The notes beneath the pieces were generated by a model. That model had not been told where the DNA came from. It did no database searches and was given only the letters and a program-made list of their open reading frames with translations. This document shows positions 63,393 through 64,000 of a stretch of 64,000 nt of DNA, piece by piece. The stretch lies in NCBI GenBank assembly GCA_963803705.1, contig CAWDNU010000004.1:800001-864000 (forward strand). Reading direction: 5' to 3'. Both the position numbers and the translations under genes were made by a program. This stretch comes from an uncultured Pseudobdellovibrionaceae bacterium (GTDB lineage: Bacteria > Bdellovibrionota > Bdellovibrionia > Bdellovibrionales > UBA1609). Numbering within the stretch: the first letter of the stretch is position 1; each line of letters opens with the position of its first letter.

Positions 63393-63790
63393 TTATGCCG
63401 TGATTTTTTGAGCTTTGCTAATCCTAACAAGCTTAATATCTTTATTTGCAGAGAGGGCTTTAAAGTCATCCCACTTATTAAATCTAATCTCAAATTTTTG
63501 TTTGTAAATGGAGTGCCTTAATTCATCAGCAATAAAACATCTAACGCCATTAATACTTACTGTGTGGTCTCTGCCGACAACTCTAAATTCTTTAAGACAA
63601 AACACATCACTTAAATCGGTTTGACCAGCTAGGCTTTTATAGGCACTTAAGGGGTTATGGGCTTTAACCATATACTTTTGATTATGATGATATTGCAGAT
63701 ACGTGGTTTATAAATAATAGCTAGCTTCTTTATGGTCGTAATTCCTTTTAATCTTAGCTCTGGAATTAGCCTGTCTTGTAAAGTCTTAAA
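63393..63790 (-). pseudogene. ISNCY/IS481-like DDE transposase C-terminal remnant
   Basis: FKTLQDRLIPELRLKGITTI, then frameshift, EASYYL*, then ...EFRVVGRDHTVSING; 5' part absent. Confidence 0.8.
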
Positions 63791-64000
63791 TGGAATTTTT
63801 TTCAGATGAATACGATATCAGTGATATTTTTGTACCCGTAAAATTTTTAGGAACCAAAGACTGCTAAGCCAGAATATCTAAGTTCTGCCAGCGCAATATT
63901 TTTCTTGCTGCTATTTTATGAGTTCATTCAAACTTGATAAAATTGAAACTCGCCCTGTTTGTCTAAACCTAAGATCCATTTTTCATCGAACCAAGATCCT

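Overview
AT-rich bacterial chromosome segment. Gene content, proteins and gene order point to a Bdellovibrionota (Bdellovibrio-like predator); this is inferred, not database-checked. Most of it is core genome: an SSS transporter unit, cysE, purH, an alr-mlaEFD operon headed by a degenerate GGDEF protein, nadB, addAB, a complete minus-strand rRNA operon (16S, tRNA-Ile, 23S, 5S), tRNA-Ala, a hybrid kinase with a Tad secretin and ATPase, aspS, rpoH, fliA, a SPOR protein with uvrD, an M3 peptidase, nadK and recN. The most notable signal is an apparently collapsed flagellar operon: a sigma54 promoter, a fliL-like gene, a flhF-like gene with dead GTPase motifs, and an intact fliA, with the motor-switch and export genes missing between them. 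Good sigma28-type promoters lie in front of non-flagellar genes, including two large Cys-rich secreted orphans. Other signals are three different 173-184 bp fold-back elements that all start TAG and end CTA (MITE-like), a decayed HigBA toxin-antitoxin pair missed by the ORF track, a 64-bp duplicate of a receiver-domain segment with mostly synonymous differences, short tandem repeats, and an ISNCY-type transposase pseudogene. No CRISPR array, prophage or DGR was seen.
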